DNA of 63,734 nt, the filler included, from Octopus bimaculoides (lineage: Eukaryota), in NCBI RefSeq assembly GCF_001194135.2. It is 8 parts of 8 records of this genome, joined end to end, with 100 filler letters (N's around TTAATTAATTAA, not from the genome) between each part and the next. Parts side by side here need not be neighbours in the genome. Positions count along the whole stretch, not along the records: positions 1 to 19,062 come from NC_068996.1; positions 19,163 to 33,302 come from NC_068982.1; 6 more parts are not named here. One strand, 5' to 3'. Shown here piece by piece: positions 12,748-26,395 of this stretch (the first letter of the stretch is position 1; each line of letters opens with the position of its first letter). Under the pieces are notes generated by a model. The model ran no database searches. It worked only from the letters and a program-made list of their open reading frames with translations, and was not told the origin of the DNA. The position numbers and the translations under genes are program-made.

Positions 12748-15681
12748 CTTGCGTATTAATTCGATTCTATTTCACGTTCTCTTCTCTGTCTTGTTGCTTA
12801 TAAAACAACATTTCATCTCATAATTCGATAGCCACATAATTTTTACGCATTGAATTTATATAAATACCATTCTTTTCATTTCAATTACCACAACAGAATG
12901 TAACGAATATCAAAAACTATTCCGTTGGAATAGTTTTTAATATTCGTACACTGCCCCGTGAGAAACCTTTCATGCTTGTTGCTACAACAAATTTCATCTT
13001 TTCTTCTTTCATTGTTACTTTTTGAGGTTTAGTTTTTGCTCCGGTGACTCGTATTATATTCAGACATAATACCGTTTTTAAAAAAATGATTTAAACAAAT
13101 GAAATTGAAAATAATGGGAGTTTTTCTATTAGTAAGAATTACTGAAGCAAAAAGAGAAAACTAGTTCCGTTATCTCAACAAGTATGAGAGAAAAACCAAG
13201 TTTTACTGCCTGCATTCCGAGTTCAATCCAGCAACAGAGTAATTTTATTTCGTTTTTTTTTTTTTTTTTTTNNNNNNNNNNCGATTTAAACTGCACCCCA
13301 CCGCCCTCGCCAATCTTTATTTACACCCTCCTCACAAGTTTCTGGGTCTTGTAGTAAACTTTAAAATCTTTATACATGTCCTACCGGAGAACATTACGAA
13401 TTGTGAATTAAATGTGCATTCAATATCTTGACTATTTTGTTTTTAAAAAAGCACTAGTCTCTTTTCGTTGATTAGGATTTAGAGGAAGTAATAAAGCTTC
13501 TACGCAGTCGCTCGAACCGCTAGAAGTAACAGTTAAATCTCCCCCATATCTACATTGTCTTAATGAAAGCGCACGTCAAAGAGGCTTAATTAATACAGCT
13601 GGTCTACAGGACCTCAGGTTAATTAACAGCATTAGAACTTGAATGATAAAAGAGAAAGAAAAAGTTCTTTTTCTTTTCTGTAGCAACATGAATAAAACAC
13701 TCAACATTAAAGTTTGGAGTCGAAAAGAACAAAAATATAAGAACACAGACCAAAGTTAGAAGTAAAGAAAATAAATTTTTAAAAATGCTCTTAAAACGAA
13801 AACTTTAAATTCAACAAAAAAAAAAACTTCTTTGTTGAATTTCAAAATTTTGACAGAAAAATACATACATATACTGTGTGTACGTAAAAAGAAAAACTAA
13901 CTGAAAACTATACATTCAAAACAGTTCTTTAATTATTAAATGTAATTAAAATAAAAAAAGAAAACATGAAAAAACAAGAGAGAGAATGAAAACATGTGAT
14001 TAATGATAAACAACCTACCAAAGCGTAAAGTGCCCTCTGACGGATACTATCAAAACCTGTGACTGACGACTGATTAATTGAATGACCAAAGGGGATAACT
14101 CTTACTTTAAAGACGCCTCCACTCATTTTATTTGTTATAAAAAAAAAAAAATTCTTCAAAAAAAATTTTTTCCTCACTCAACACTCATGTTTCCTCTCTC
14201 TCTCTCCCTCCACTCTCACGCTATCTCTTGCAATGACATGATGAGTCGTGACCTTCCCGTCTTTTTCTCTTTTCTTTTATTAGTTATGTAAGAGTTTAAC
14301 TTAAGATTTGCGGAAAGTTAGCTGCTTTTTCTAGTACCCCACTTTTTTTTTCTAAGCGTAGTGTCTCATTGTGTATGTGTGTGTGTGTTTTGTAGTTTCG
14401 TTGTATTACAAGAGTTTTTAATTAATCATATTAACTTCAGTATTTGGTGTATCCGGGGAGAGTCTTTCTCTTTCAGTGCCTTATATTTTAACACACTCAC
14501 CGGTAAAATCACACGTTTATTTCTTTTTCTAAAATTTTCGTTGCGTCTTGCGACCTTTTCAATAGTTGTTGACTCTCAATATTTTTTTGTTTTTCTTTAA
14601 TGCAATATTTATTACGAGGCATCAAGGTACACAACCTAAAAAGCAATAAGAAATGTTGATATTTCGGATCTTTTTTTAATGTATATCGGCTGAATGGACG
14701 TCAGTGATTGGTTGAAATTATCGAAATAAGACAATTTTTTACATGAAATAAATTCGAATACAAAAATATTTTTCTGTTCTATAACACAAAATAGATAAGT
14801 ATACGAAGTTTGAAAGTCTTTCGGTACCAAAAACACTACGTAAAACATTAATGAAAAATGTGGCCCCGTTTTAAAAAAGATCCGATATTTCTACAGCGAA
14901 TGTTGTCCTCNNNNNNNNNNNNNNNNNNNNNNNNNNNNNNNNNNNNNNNNNNNNNNNNNNNNNNNNNNNNNNNNNNNNNNNNNNNNNNNNNNNNNNNNNN
15001 NNNNNNNNNNNNNNNNNNNNNNNNNNNNNNNNNNNNNNNNNNNNNNNNNNNNNNNNNNNNNNNNNNNNNNNNNNNNNNNNNNNNNNNNNNNNNNNNNNNN
15101 NNNNNNNNNNNNNNNNNNNNNNNNNNNNNNNNNNNNNNNNNNNNNNNNNNNNNNNNNNNNNNNNNNNNNNNNNNNNNNNNNNNNNNNNNNNNNNNNNNNN
15201 NNNNNNNNNNNNNNNNNNNNNNNNNNNNNNNNNNNNNNNNNNNNNNNNNNNNNNNNNNNNNNNNNNNNNNNNNNNNNNNNNNNNNNNNNNNNNNNNNNNN
15301 NNNNNNNNNNNNNNNNNNNNNNNNNNNNNNNNNNNNNNNNNNNNNNNNNNNNNNNNNNNNNNNNNNNNNNNNNNNNNNNNNNNNNNNNNNNNNNNNNNNN
15401 NNNNNNNNNNNNNNNNNNNNNNNNNNNNNNNNNNNNNNNNNNNNNNNNNNNNNNNNNNNNNNNNNNNNNNNNNNNNNNNNNNNNNNNNNNNNNNNNNNNN
15501 NNNNNNNNNNNNNNNNNNNNNNNNNNNNNNNNNNNNNNNNNNNNNNNNNNNNNNNNNNNNNNNNNNNNNNNNNNNNNNNNNNNNNNNNNNNNNNNNNNNN
15601 NNNNNNNNNNNNNNNNNNNNNNNNNNNNNNNNNNNNNNNNNNNNNNNNNNNNNNNNNNNNNNNNNNNNNNNNNNNNNNNNN

Positions 15682-17108
15682 GAAAGTGTAACTGTAAAAA
15701 TGCAGAATTATCGGAGTAATGGGCATTCAAAAAAGTATGTATGTATAGAAATGTATGAATGAAGTCTTTAAGGTTTAAGATTCAAATTAAGGAAGTGCAA
15801 TAATAATGTTTAGCAGTTCAAAACTGTGAACATTGAAATGCAGAATTAGGTCGGATGATCGTGAGAATCAAATATTGATCGCTTCGCAGGTGGTATGGGT
15901 TATTTCTCTTCGGTTGTTTAAATAAAGTACTAGTAATATGTAGTAGATAGAAGGATCCACTGGAAGGGCCCTATTATCGATTCTTTTTCAACAGTCTAAG
16001 TATGTCACGAGGTTTCCAAGCATAAAAGTGATATTGCCTGCAAAAATTAGAAATAGGACACACAAAAAATCAATATTCAAAGTAATCGAACATAAACAAT
16101 GAAATGGGTTATTATATATATATGTGTGTGTGTGTATGTGTTAAAGTAATAAAGTTAATGTCAGGTCATATTGCGACCAATGGTTTCACATCTACGAAGG
16201 CGATAGCTTCGCGGACGTCTGATGAAACGCCCACGAAGTTATAGCCTTCGTGGTCACAGATATGTGTCGCTCTTCTCCGTAATTTACAGCCTTCGGGTTT
16301 GTTTACAAATTTATATATATATATATATTTGTCAAAAAAAATATTTCTCCAGCGTTCGCTATTTTACCCTCGTTCTGGTCCAACGACCGTCCATGTTTGT
16401 TTTCGTTCGGTTTCCTTGTATGTCTCCACTGTCCTGTCATTGTTCCCAACTTTGACCCTCCATAAAATCCCAAATTTTATTTTGGTACTTATGGGAGCAA
16501 CTGTCTTCGAAGACTCATATTCTCGTTCAATGTTCGAAATGAGGAGTAGATAGACAGCCGACAACTGATGAAGGGTCGCTCTTTATGTTACTTGTCTTGT
16601 GTTCCATTTGTTTCTCTCGTTGTTTGCGTATTGAACTCATTTGTTTTCGTANNNNNNNNNNTGTATAGTTGCTGTCATTCACAGAAAAACTATTGTTTTA
16701 CCGTTAGAAAAACACTGTTGAAGTATTAAGTGAAATTTGGCAATCGAGGATCGAATCCATTCTATGCCTGCATGAAGCTACTTCAAATACGTTGTGGAAT
16801 AAAAAATTTATCTACTATCATGGAGAAAGTGTAACTGTAAAAATGCAGAATTATCGGAGTAATGGGCATTCAAAAAAGTATGTATGTATAGAAATGTATG
16901 AATGAAGTCTTTAAGGTTTAAGATTCAAATTAAGGAAGTGCAATAATAATGTTTAGCAGTTCAAAACTGTGAACATTGAAATGCAGAATTAGGTCGGATG
17001 ATCGTGAGAATCAAATATTGATCGCTTCGCAGGTGGTATGGGTTATTTCTCTTCGGTTGTTTAAATAAAGTACTAGTAATATGTAGTAGAAAGAAGGATC
17101 CACTGGAA
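15682..17108 (+). repeat. 284-bp direct repeat (15682-15965 and 16825-17108)
   Basis: Two near-identical copies (2 visible differences); copy 1 starts at a gap edge and copy 2 ends at a gap edge. Confidence 0.9.
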
Positions 17109-18119
17109 NNNNNNNNNNNNNNNNNNNNNNNNNNNNNNNNNNNNNNNNNNNNNNNNNNNNNNNNNNNNNNNNNNNNNNNNNNNNNNNNNNNNNNNNNNNN
17201 NNNNNNNNNNNNNNNNNNNNNNNNNNNNNNNNNNNNNNNNNNNNNNNNNNNNNNNNNNNNNNNNNNNNNNNNNNNNNNNNNNNNNNNNNNNNNNNNNNNN
17301 NNNNNNNNNNNNNNNNNNNNNNNNNNNNNNNNNNNNNNNNNNNNNNNNNNNNNNNNNNNNNNNNNNNNNNNNNNNNNNNNNNNNNNNNNNNNNNNNNNNN
17401 NNNNNNNNNNNNNNNNNNNNNNNNNNNNNNNNNNNNNNNNNNNNNNNNNNNNNNNNNNNNNNNNNNNNNNNNNNNNNNNNNNNNNNNNNNNNNNNNNNNN
17501 NNNNNNNNNNNNNNNNNNNNNNNNNNNNNNNNNNNNNNNNNNNNNNNNNNNNNNNNNNNNNNNNNNNNNNNNNNNNNNNNNNNNNNNNNNNNNNNNNNNN
17601 NNNNNNNNNNNNNNNNNNNNNNNNNNNNNNNNNNNNNNNNNNNNNNNNNNNNNNNNNNNNNNNNNNNNNNNNNNNNNNNNNNNNNNNNNNNNNNNNNNNN
17701 NNNNNNNNNNNNNNNNNNNNNNNNNNNNNNNNNNNNNNNNNNNNNNNNNNNNNNNNNNNNNNNNNNNNNNNNNNNNNNNNNNNNNNNNNNNNNNNNNNNN
17801 NNNNNNNNNNNNNNNNNNNNNNNNNNNNNNNNNNNNNNNNNNNNNNNNNNNNNNNNNNNNNNNNNNNNNNNNNNNNNNNNNNNNNNNNNNNNNNNNNNNN
17901 NNNNNNNNNNNNNNNNNNNNNNNNNNNNNNNNNNNNNNNNNNNNNNNNNNNNNNNNNNNNNNNNNNNNNNNNNNNNNNNNNNNNNNNNNNNNNNNNNNNN
18001 NNNNNNNNNNNNNNNNNNNNNNNNNNNNNNNNNNNNNNNNATATATATATATCATTATCATCATCAGTAAATCATAAATCTAAAGAAGCACACGCAAAGT
18101 TAAAGGGCAGTAAAGTATT

Positions 18120-18347
18120 TAGAGAAAGGTAGTTATGGCCAGTTCATAGGGCTTCGCGTCCATATATTGCTTAGCTTTACATACGTCTCGTCAGGCCCTA
18201 ATGGCCTATGACTTCTCTTGAAGAGACTTGTGGAAAGGTTATAGGACACCGATCATTAGAATCTAACGAGACGTATGTAAAGCTAAACGCTTTTTGGACA
18301 TGAAACTATGGGTAACGCTATGAACCGGCCATAACTATTTTTCTCTA
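18120..18347. mobile_element. Fold-back MITE with TA at both ends (Tc1/mariner-type)
   Basis: TA-GAGAAAGGTAGTTATGGCCAGTTCATAG..TTAGCTTTACATACGTCTCGT versus ACGAGACGTATGTAAAGCTAA..CTATGAACCGGCCATAACTATTTTTCTC-TA. Confidence 0.75.
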
Positions 18348-18685
18348 TGTGTGTGTATTTGTGCGTGTGCGTGTGTGTGTGTGTGTGTATGTGTGTGTGT
18401 TATATACACAAGACGCGGCTGTCCTATTGCAATATACTTTGCAGGCTGCGGGAGCGTGTGCCTGTAAGCCGTCTAAGAATCCATAATTCAGGAATAAAAT
18501 GCAGTCGTATATCTGTCGGTAGAGAGGGTGTATTAATCGAAGTGTACAGTATGAGTATATAATATCCATTACAGCCGATCTTATCAATCGGTTTCACACT
18601 AGGGGCTCAACAGAGTGTTACGTAACAGTTACCTAACTCTCCATAATGGATATCTAATACTGTACACTTCGATTAATATGTATAT

Positions 18686-19062
18686 ACTAGCTGACCACGT
18701 TCCGTCAATACTGACGGCTAATTGTAGTATTTCATATATAAATAAAGTACAAAATAAGGTACATAATAATCACACATACAAACATTCACATACTTCCCTT
18801 GTACATGCATACACATACATATATATACTCACACGGAGTTGAAATGCTGATTTTTTTCACATCTTCCTTCCTAATTCACATATCACCCCTCCTTGCTGTC
18901 ATTGCTATTACTTTCTCCCACTCCGTCTCAGTCAGGGCTATTACTCTCACTACTTCTCCTTCACTGAATTACTATTTTCTCCCCTCCTCCGCGTCCGGCG
19001 TGATTCTGGACAAATATATATGCATATACAAATATATAAAAACACTACGCTCATTATTATAT
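18686..19062 (+). mobile_element. Possible Helentron-associated non-autonomous element (HINE-like)
   Basis: Starts ACTAGCTGACC with hairpin CCGTCA-ATAC-TGACGG and contains internal microsatellite; a similar ACTAGCAG..CCTGGAGTTGCTCGG start occurs at about 33014. Confidence 0.4.
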
Positions 19063-19162
19063 NNNNNNNNNNNNNNNNNNNNNNNNNNNNNNNNNNNNNN
19101 NNNNNNTTAATTAATTAANNNNNNNNNNNNNNNNNNNNNNNNNNNNNNNNNNNNNNNNNNNN
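19063..19162. other. Artificial scaffold spacer 44N-TTAATTAATTAA-44N (also at 33347, 44520, 50108, 55056, 59116, 62391)
   Basis: The same 12-mer with stops in all six frames is centred in fixed-length N blocks. Confidence 0.95.
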
Positions 19163-19996
19163 TATATATATATATATATATATATATGCGCGCGCGCGAC
19201 ATACAGTTCCATACCCACTGACTGCAAGTTTCGGACAGAAGTTTCTAAAGTTGATTTCACAATAACCTCTCCGCCTTTCCATCTCACTTTCTTCTCCACC
19301 TAAACCCCATTAATCCGCTCGTCATACTCCCCCATATCCCTCCCATAATCTCCCTCCACCAGCGTGTCCACCTTCCCCTGTTCATATCGTTTCTCATTTT
19401 CTATTGCATTCATTCGTTCAATCATATATATTCTTATTGTATCCCCGTTTCTTTCTCCTGTACCTTCTTTCCTACTTCAGACACACCTCTATCTCTATCC
19501 CTCTTCTATCTTCTCTCTATATCTCCGTCCTTTCTTCTCTCTATCTCTACTTTCGTCTCCCTCACCCATTCTCTTGTAAATCAGTCTTCTCTCTCTCTCC
19601 CTCTCTCCCCCTCTCTCTCTCTCTCTCCCNNNNNNNNNNNNNNNNNNTCTCTCTCTCTCCCTCTCTCCCCCTCTCTCTCTCTCTCTCACTCCGTATTTCC
19701 CTGGATTTTCATACATTCCTTTCATACCGTTTCTCCCTTTACTTTCCCATTTCATTTTCCACTTACTCCTACTCCAACAGAATTACAGCAACCATTACAA
19801 CCTCTTCTTTTGCTTATTCTCTTCCCACCACTCACGTTTATTTCCTCCAATTACTTCTTCGCTTTGTTTTCCTTTTCTTTACATTTTCTCATCTTCCGCT
19901 TCCTTTTTTTCTTTTTCCAATATTCCGTTATCACTTCTTTTCTTCACCTCCTTCTCAAACAGATTGTATCCTTCCTCCTCCTCCTCCTCCTCCTCC

Positions 19997-20028
<32 letters not shown>

Positions 20029-20249
20029 GCTCGCTCACTTTTCCCTCACTCTCTCCCTCTTCCCCTTCATCTCCCCCCTCCATAGTCTCATACAATTACT
20101 TAACTGTTAACTGTAACAGGTGAGAGAGAAAGAGAGAGAAAGTGAACGGGAGATCGAAAGAGAATACGTTTCTTCCATTATATTTTATTTATTTTATTCG
20201 AAATATACTTGCTGAGTATGAAAGTGTGTATGTATGTATATATACACAC

Positions 20250-20683
20250 ATACGTATTTACATGCACACACACACACACACACACTTACACATGGTTATT
20301 CACCCACACGTAGACACCCACGCACGCTTATACACATAAGCATTCATACATCTATGTATGTACATGCACTACACAAATTAGCTACACACACGCATACACA
20401 CATACACATATACACAAATGCACATACTCACCCACACACGCAAATGCACATACTCACCCCCCCACATGCACACACTCTCTCACACACACAAATGCACATA
20501 TTCACACACACGCACACATACACAAGTGCATATACTCACACACAAACACACACACACAAATGCACATATTCACACACACGCGCACACACACAATGCATAT
20601 ACTCACACACGCCCACATGCACACACACACACACAAATGCATATATTCACACACCCACACACGCGTGAGCACACACACACACA

Positions 20684-20728
<45 letters not shown>
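20250..20728 (+). repeat. (CA)-rich cryptic minisatellite
   Basis: About seven AARTGCAYATAYTCAC cores separated by variable (CA)n. Confidence 0.8.
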
Positions 20729-21409
20729 NNNNNNNNNNNNNNNNNNNNNNNNNNNNNNNNNNNNNNNNNNNNNNNNNNNNNNNNNNNNNNNNNNNNNNNN
20801 NNNNNNNNNNNNNNNNNNNNNNNNNNNNNNNNNNNNNNNNNNNNNNNNNNNNNNNNNNNNNNNNNNNNNNNNNNNNNNNNNNNNNNNNNNNNNNNNNNNN
20901 NNNNNNNNNNNNNNNNNNNNNNNNNNNNNNNNNNGAACGGAAGGAACTAAATAAAAAAAAAATAAAGAAAAAAAGATACATAAGTAAATAAAGAAAAAAA
21001 AATAAAGAAATGACTAAACAAATAAAAAAAAATAAAGAAAAAAAGATACATAAGTAAATAAAGAAAAAAAAATAAAGAAATGACTAAACAAATAAATCTA
21101 TAGAACAAACAACAACAACAACAACAAACCAGCCACCGAGGAATTCTTCTAAACAACCCCTGAGAGATGAACTACTGTAACGCCAAACAAATATTTCTGA
21201 ATTATTTTGCTTTGGAATGGATGCAAAGTTGAATTTGTACATCGGCGGCGGCGGGTGTGAATCACTCTTGATTTGCTGGCTGTTTTGTTATAGTCATTTT
21301 GTTTGTCATCGTTGTAGTTGTTTTTTTTTGTTTTTGTCTTTGTTTTTTTTGTAGTCTTTGTCCTAGGCATTGTTATTGTTGTTATTGAAGTTTTTTTTGC
21401 TGCCATATA

Positions 21410-21519
21410 GTTGTTGTTGTTCTTCTTCTTGTCGTTATAATCCGTTACTGGTGTTGATACCGTCAGTTTTGTGGTTGTTGCTGTTGTTATCGCAGCGATG
21501 GTTGTTGTATTGTCATCAC

Positions 21520-21561
<42 letters not shown>

Positions 21562-21610
21562 GGTGGTAGCAGTAGTAGTAGTAGTAGTAGTGGNNNNNNN
21601 NNNNNNNNNN

Positions 21611-21661
<51 letters not shown>

Positions 21662-21662
21662 T

Positions 21663-21697
<35 letters not shown>

Positions 21698-21922
21698 TTT
21701 GTTGTTACTATTGCTGTTGTTATTGCTGTTACGGTTGTTGTATTATCGTCACAACAGCAGCAGCACCAGTAGTAGTAGTAGTAGTAGTAGAAGTAGTAGT
21801 AGTAGCTGCTGTTGCTGCTTTTGTTCTTGTTCTTGTTCTTGTTGATGTGGCTGCCTTCGTTATTATTGTTGTTAGTTCCGTTCTTGCTATCGCATCGTCG
21901 TCGTCGTCGTCGTCGTCGTCGC
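21410..21922 (+). repeat. Compound trinucleotide repeats (GTT/AGT/GGT/CAG/GTC)
   Basis: Directly visible runs. Confidence 0.9.
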
Positions 21923-23799
21923 TGCTGTGGTCATCATCGGAGAAGTCCCATTCATCGAATATCTGCTATCGAACGAACCTACGGCATAGTGATTCTTGCA
22001 CGGTTTCAAGCTACGCACACTTTCATTTCCATAAATACCCATTGACATCACGCACTGCTTTTTCCTGTCGTTAGGTGCTTATTGTTCTAAGATTTACATT
22101 TTAAAAACGACCAGCACAAGAAGTTTCGTTCGTTATTCTTGTCCCTTGCTGCTGTTGAGTTTTTTTAATTTTCTATTTTTAAAAAGTTACATTTTGTTCA
22201 GCTTGTTATGGCTTGCCTTTCATAGATGCTAAATTTATACAGAGCGATAGATAATAGAGAAATACCACAGACCGAAAAGAAAACAGCGTAGAATTATCTT
22301 CGTTGGATGAATATTTCTCATCCCGGCCCCGGACCGAAAAAGCCGTCGTGGGACTAATTTCACAGCCCAGCTAGGCGAAATATATTTGTACAAGATTTCG
22401 TTCGCACTACATTCTGTGTTAGAACTCTTGTGACACACACGTACATATTCAAAAATACACATCACACAACACATATACATTACATACTTATATATACACA
22501 CGTACTTTTATAAATACATGTGTACAGAAATACATACACATATAACACAATGTACCGTTTATTTTATACTTTATTTTACTTATGAATAAGTTCGGACAAG
22601 ATCAATCGGAGAAGAAAAAAATTATAACATCGAGAGTGAATGCTTCTATCATCTCGTAGACTTCCTTGTAAATGGTTCCCCATGTGCTAAACATAGCAGC
22701 CAAATATCACTTACTATTACTCATAACATCTAAACAAAGAAAAAAAACATAGATAACAATTTGCGCTATGTCTGAATAAGAAATAACTGCACAATCACGG
22801 CTGTAAAACTTTCATCAGGTTGTTTGATCCATCAGAATTATTGGGGCTTAAAACCAAAATAAATAAATACAAAGCAATCAACAATTAGTGGAAAGTGTAC
22901 TTGTAAATTATACTTTACATATGAGTATATCTCTTAGTAATCCTGGTGACATCATTCTACTAATGTGCTCAGTGTATCTACTCCTGGATTCTACAAGCTA
23001 AACATCCACGACGCTCAGTTGGATAACTAACTTGCTACCCAGTTGAAACCTTTTTCTTAGTTAAAGACTATACACACGGATGCAATACCCCGATCCGCTG
23101 GTTACCTATGAATTATGAGACAATTTACCGGTAAAGGTAAGTAGAAATTGTATATCGGTCGTAACCATGTAAATAATGAGTGTGGGAGCCGGTGGTGCCT
23201 GGTTTATGCGGTGTGTTAGAAATAGATGATAAATATAAGATTTAATCACATGCTCCAGTCATAAACAGGAAGGGTATATATACGATAATAAAGTCAGAAA
23301 CGATGCAAATATGCATACATACGTGCATACATACACACACATACATGTATACAAACATGTATATATACATGTGCAACTGATTTAAAGCGTGAGTATGTAT
23401 GTACATACTTATATATTTTAGATACCATACTATTTCTACAGCCTTCAAACTATCTACCTACTTATATTCTTGCCTATCATCTACACACATACATACACTT
23501 ATATATGTATGCGTATGTATGTATGTGCATATATATATATATGTATATATATTTATATATATATACATACATATATATATATATATATGTATATACACAC
23601 ACACACATGCATATGTACGTGTACATGCAAGCATTCTTAAACACATAGATATGAGTGTGTGCTTAAGCATCTCTCTATGTGTGTCTCTCTCTACCGGTGC
23701 TGAGCTTCTTAATTTAGAAGTTCAACCGAAAGATGGCCCGAAAGAATAAGTACTTATGTACGCATGCATGTATGTGTATACGATAGATAGATAGGTAGG

Positions 23800-23865
<66 letters not shown>

Positions 23866-25044
23866 TATGGATAGATGAAGAGATATATAGACAGATAGAT
23901 AGATAAATAGATAAACAGAGACAGATGGATAGATATGGGTACAGTGACATTATACATGACTGTATGAGTGTGTGTGTTGTGTGAGTGTATGTATGCATAT
24001 ATGTGTGTGAGTGTGTGTGTGTGTGTGTGTGTCAGTGTGTGTATATATATGTACGAGCAAACGTCTATCGATCTATCGATCTATCTATGTATCGCTCTAT
24101 CTATCTATCTATCCANNNNNNNNNNNNNNNNNNNNNNNNNNNNNNNNNNNNNNNNNNNNNNNNNNNNNNNNNNNNNNNNNNNNNNNNNNNNNNNNNNNNN
24201 NNNNNNNNNNNNNNNNNNNNNNNNNNNNNNNNNNNNNNNNNNNNNNNNNNNNNNNNNNNNNNNNNNNNNNNNNNNNNNNNNNNNNNNNNNNNNNNNNNNN
24301 TATATATACATGTATATAGATAGATATTCATACAAGCATTAAGTCATAAATATAAGCGTCTAAAGGTATGTATATACACATATACATATATGTATGTACA
24401 TATATATATACATATATATGTATATTTATGTATATATATATATATGCATATATATACATATATATATATGTACATATATATATATATACATATATATATA
24501 TGTATATTTATGTATATATGTATATATGCATATATATACATATACATTCTCTATTTCCGAGCGTTAAACTAATACATCCTTTTATTGTTATATATATACA
24601 TATATGCATATGAACATTTTGTTTACAGATGTATGTATATATAAGCGTGTACATAAGTGTATATATCTATGTGTATATCAATGCTTGCTATTGTGTATAA
24701 TTGTATACAATGCGAACAGATTGCAGTAGTGCGATTGGTAATAGATATATGTTCAAAATGAATTGAAGAACTTTGTCTACTTGCTTCAGTTTCAAAGCAA
24801 GGTCTCGAATCAAACCACATACTGGACAAGTACATCTCCGAAGCACGCATACAGGTGCATATACACCGACATTGAAATACGCTCGCGCGCGCACGCACAC
24901 GCACATACACACTCACATACCTATATCTATTTATATACGTGAACAACATGCATGCACATGCACACACATACATGAACGTTCCCACATGGAACAAACTCTT
25001 TGTAAGACTGGTACTTATTCCATCGGTCTCCATTNNNNNNNNNN

Positions 25045-25080
<36 letters not shown>

Positions 25081-25593
25081 GACGGGCTCCTTTCAGCTTC
25101 CGCCTACCAAATCCACTCACAAGGCTTTGGTTGGCCCGAGGCTACAGTAGGAGAAAGTTGCCCAAGGTGCCACGCAGTGGGACTGAACCCGGACTAATGT
25201 GAACCACACAGCCACGCAAGTTAACAATATGTACGTATGTATGTATGTACACACATCTGCGTGGAGTGAGATACATACGTATATACATAGAGGTACACGT
25301 ACACACACATACATACATATTTATATAAATAATATGTATTCACATTCATATATTTTATTCTTTAATTTGTTTGAGTCACTTTACTGCGGTCATGCTGGGG
25401 CACCGCCTTTAGTCGAACAACTTGACCCCAGGATTTATTGTTTGTAAAACAAGTACTTATTCTATCAGTGGTTTTTTGTCGAACCGCTAAGTTAAGGAGA
25501 CGTGAACACACCAACATCGGTTGTCAAGCGCGATTATGGGAGGGGAGAAACACAGACGCACAAACATTCACACACAGACACACGCACATATGC

Positions 25594-25628
<35 letters not shown>

Positions 25629-25771
25629 TATGCAGGGCAGGGAATCGTCAATTAGTAATAACATTTTAGAGTAATAATTTGTAGTTTTGGAATCAGTAGT
25701 TCTTTGGCTGCTATTTCTGAATTCTCAGTATGTTGGAGAAACAGGTTACTGTCAATCCCTATATATTTATG

Positions 25772-25862
<91 letters not shown>

Positions 25863-26164
25863 GATTGGCTTCTTTTAGTTTCCGTCTACCAAATCCACTC
25901 ACAGGGCTTTGGTCGGCCGGAGGCTAGAGTAGAAGACACTTTGCCAAGTTGTCACGCAGTGGGACCGAACCTGGAAACATGTCGTTGGTAAGCAAGCTAC
26001 TTACCACGCAGTCACTCCTGCGCATGTATAATGCACTTAATACATATAAAGAATACTTAACACATGCTACTTCTATATGCTGTGTACAAACATTTAAATA
26101 AGTGTATATATTTATAGAAATGCCACTGTATTGTATCAAATATATCATCCACTTCATCTAAATC

Positions 26165-26395
26165 CAGGACCAAGTTCTGCAATAGTCTTGGGTTCAAAAA
26201 CCCACATCGCTTCAATGCCATGCTTCAAAAATTAAGAAAGCTACATAATGTGGACGTTGATGTCTTCGAAAAGGAACTAGACTCCCGCCTCTCTACAATA
26301 CCGAATGAGCTGATGGCCCGTCATGAGGTACAGACGGGGGCAGTGGAATCGAACTCACCCATACTCCAAATGAGCCAACAGCTGAGAAACAGCAC
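26165..26395 (+). mobile_element. CR1-group LINE 3' end fragment
   Basis: Translates NSLGFKNPHRFNAMLQKLRKLHNVDVDVFEKELDSRLSTIPNE..SNSPILQM, matching the P.LFN.LP..LR....V..FK..LD..L..IPD.P....SNS ending of CR1-group LINEs. Confidence 0.7.

Noticed and set aside
16218-16580. CTGATGA motifs at about 16219 and 16566 as hammerhead ribozyme cores
   Set aside because: No correctly placed stem II, GAAA or stem III-UH in any permutation.
19107-19118. TTAATTAATTAA recurring seven times
   Set aside because: Always centred in fixed-length N blocks and gives stops in all six frames: an artificial scaffolding spacer, not biology.
20940-21095. About 70-bp A-rich tandem duplication; short 14-20 bp triplications at about 555-597 and 63178-63225
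   Set aside because: Ordinary slippage duplications; no spacer structure, so not CRISPR-like.
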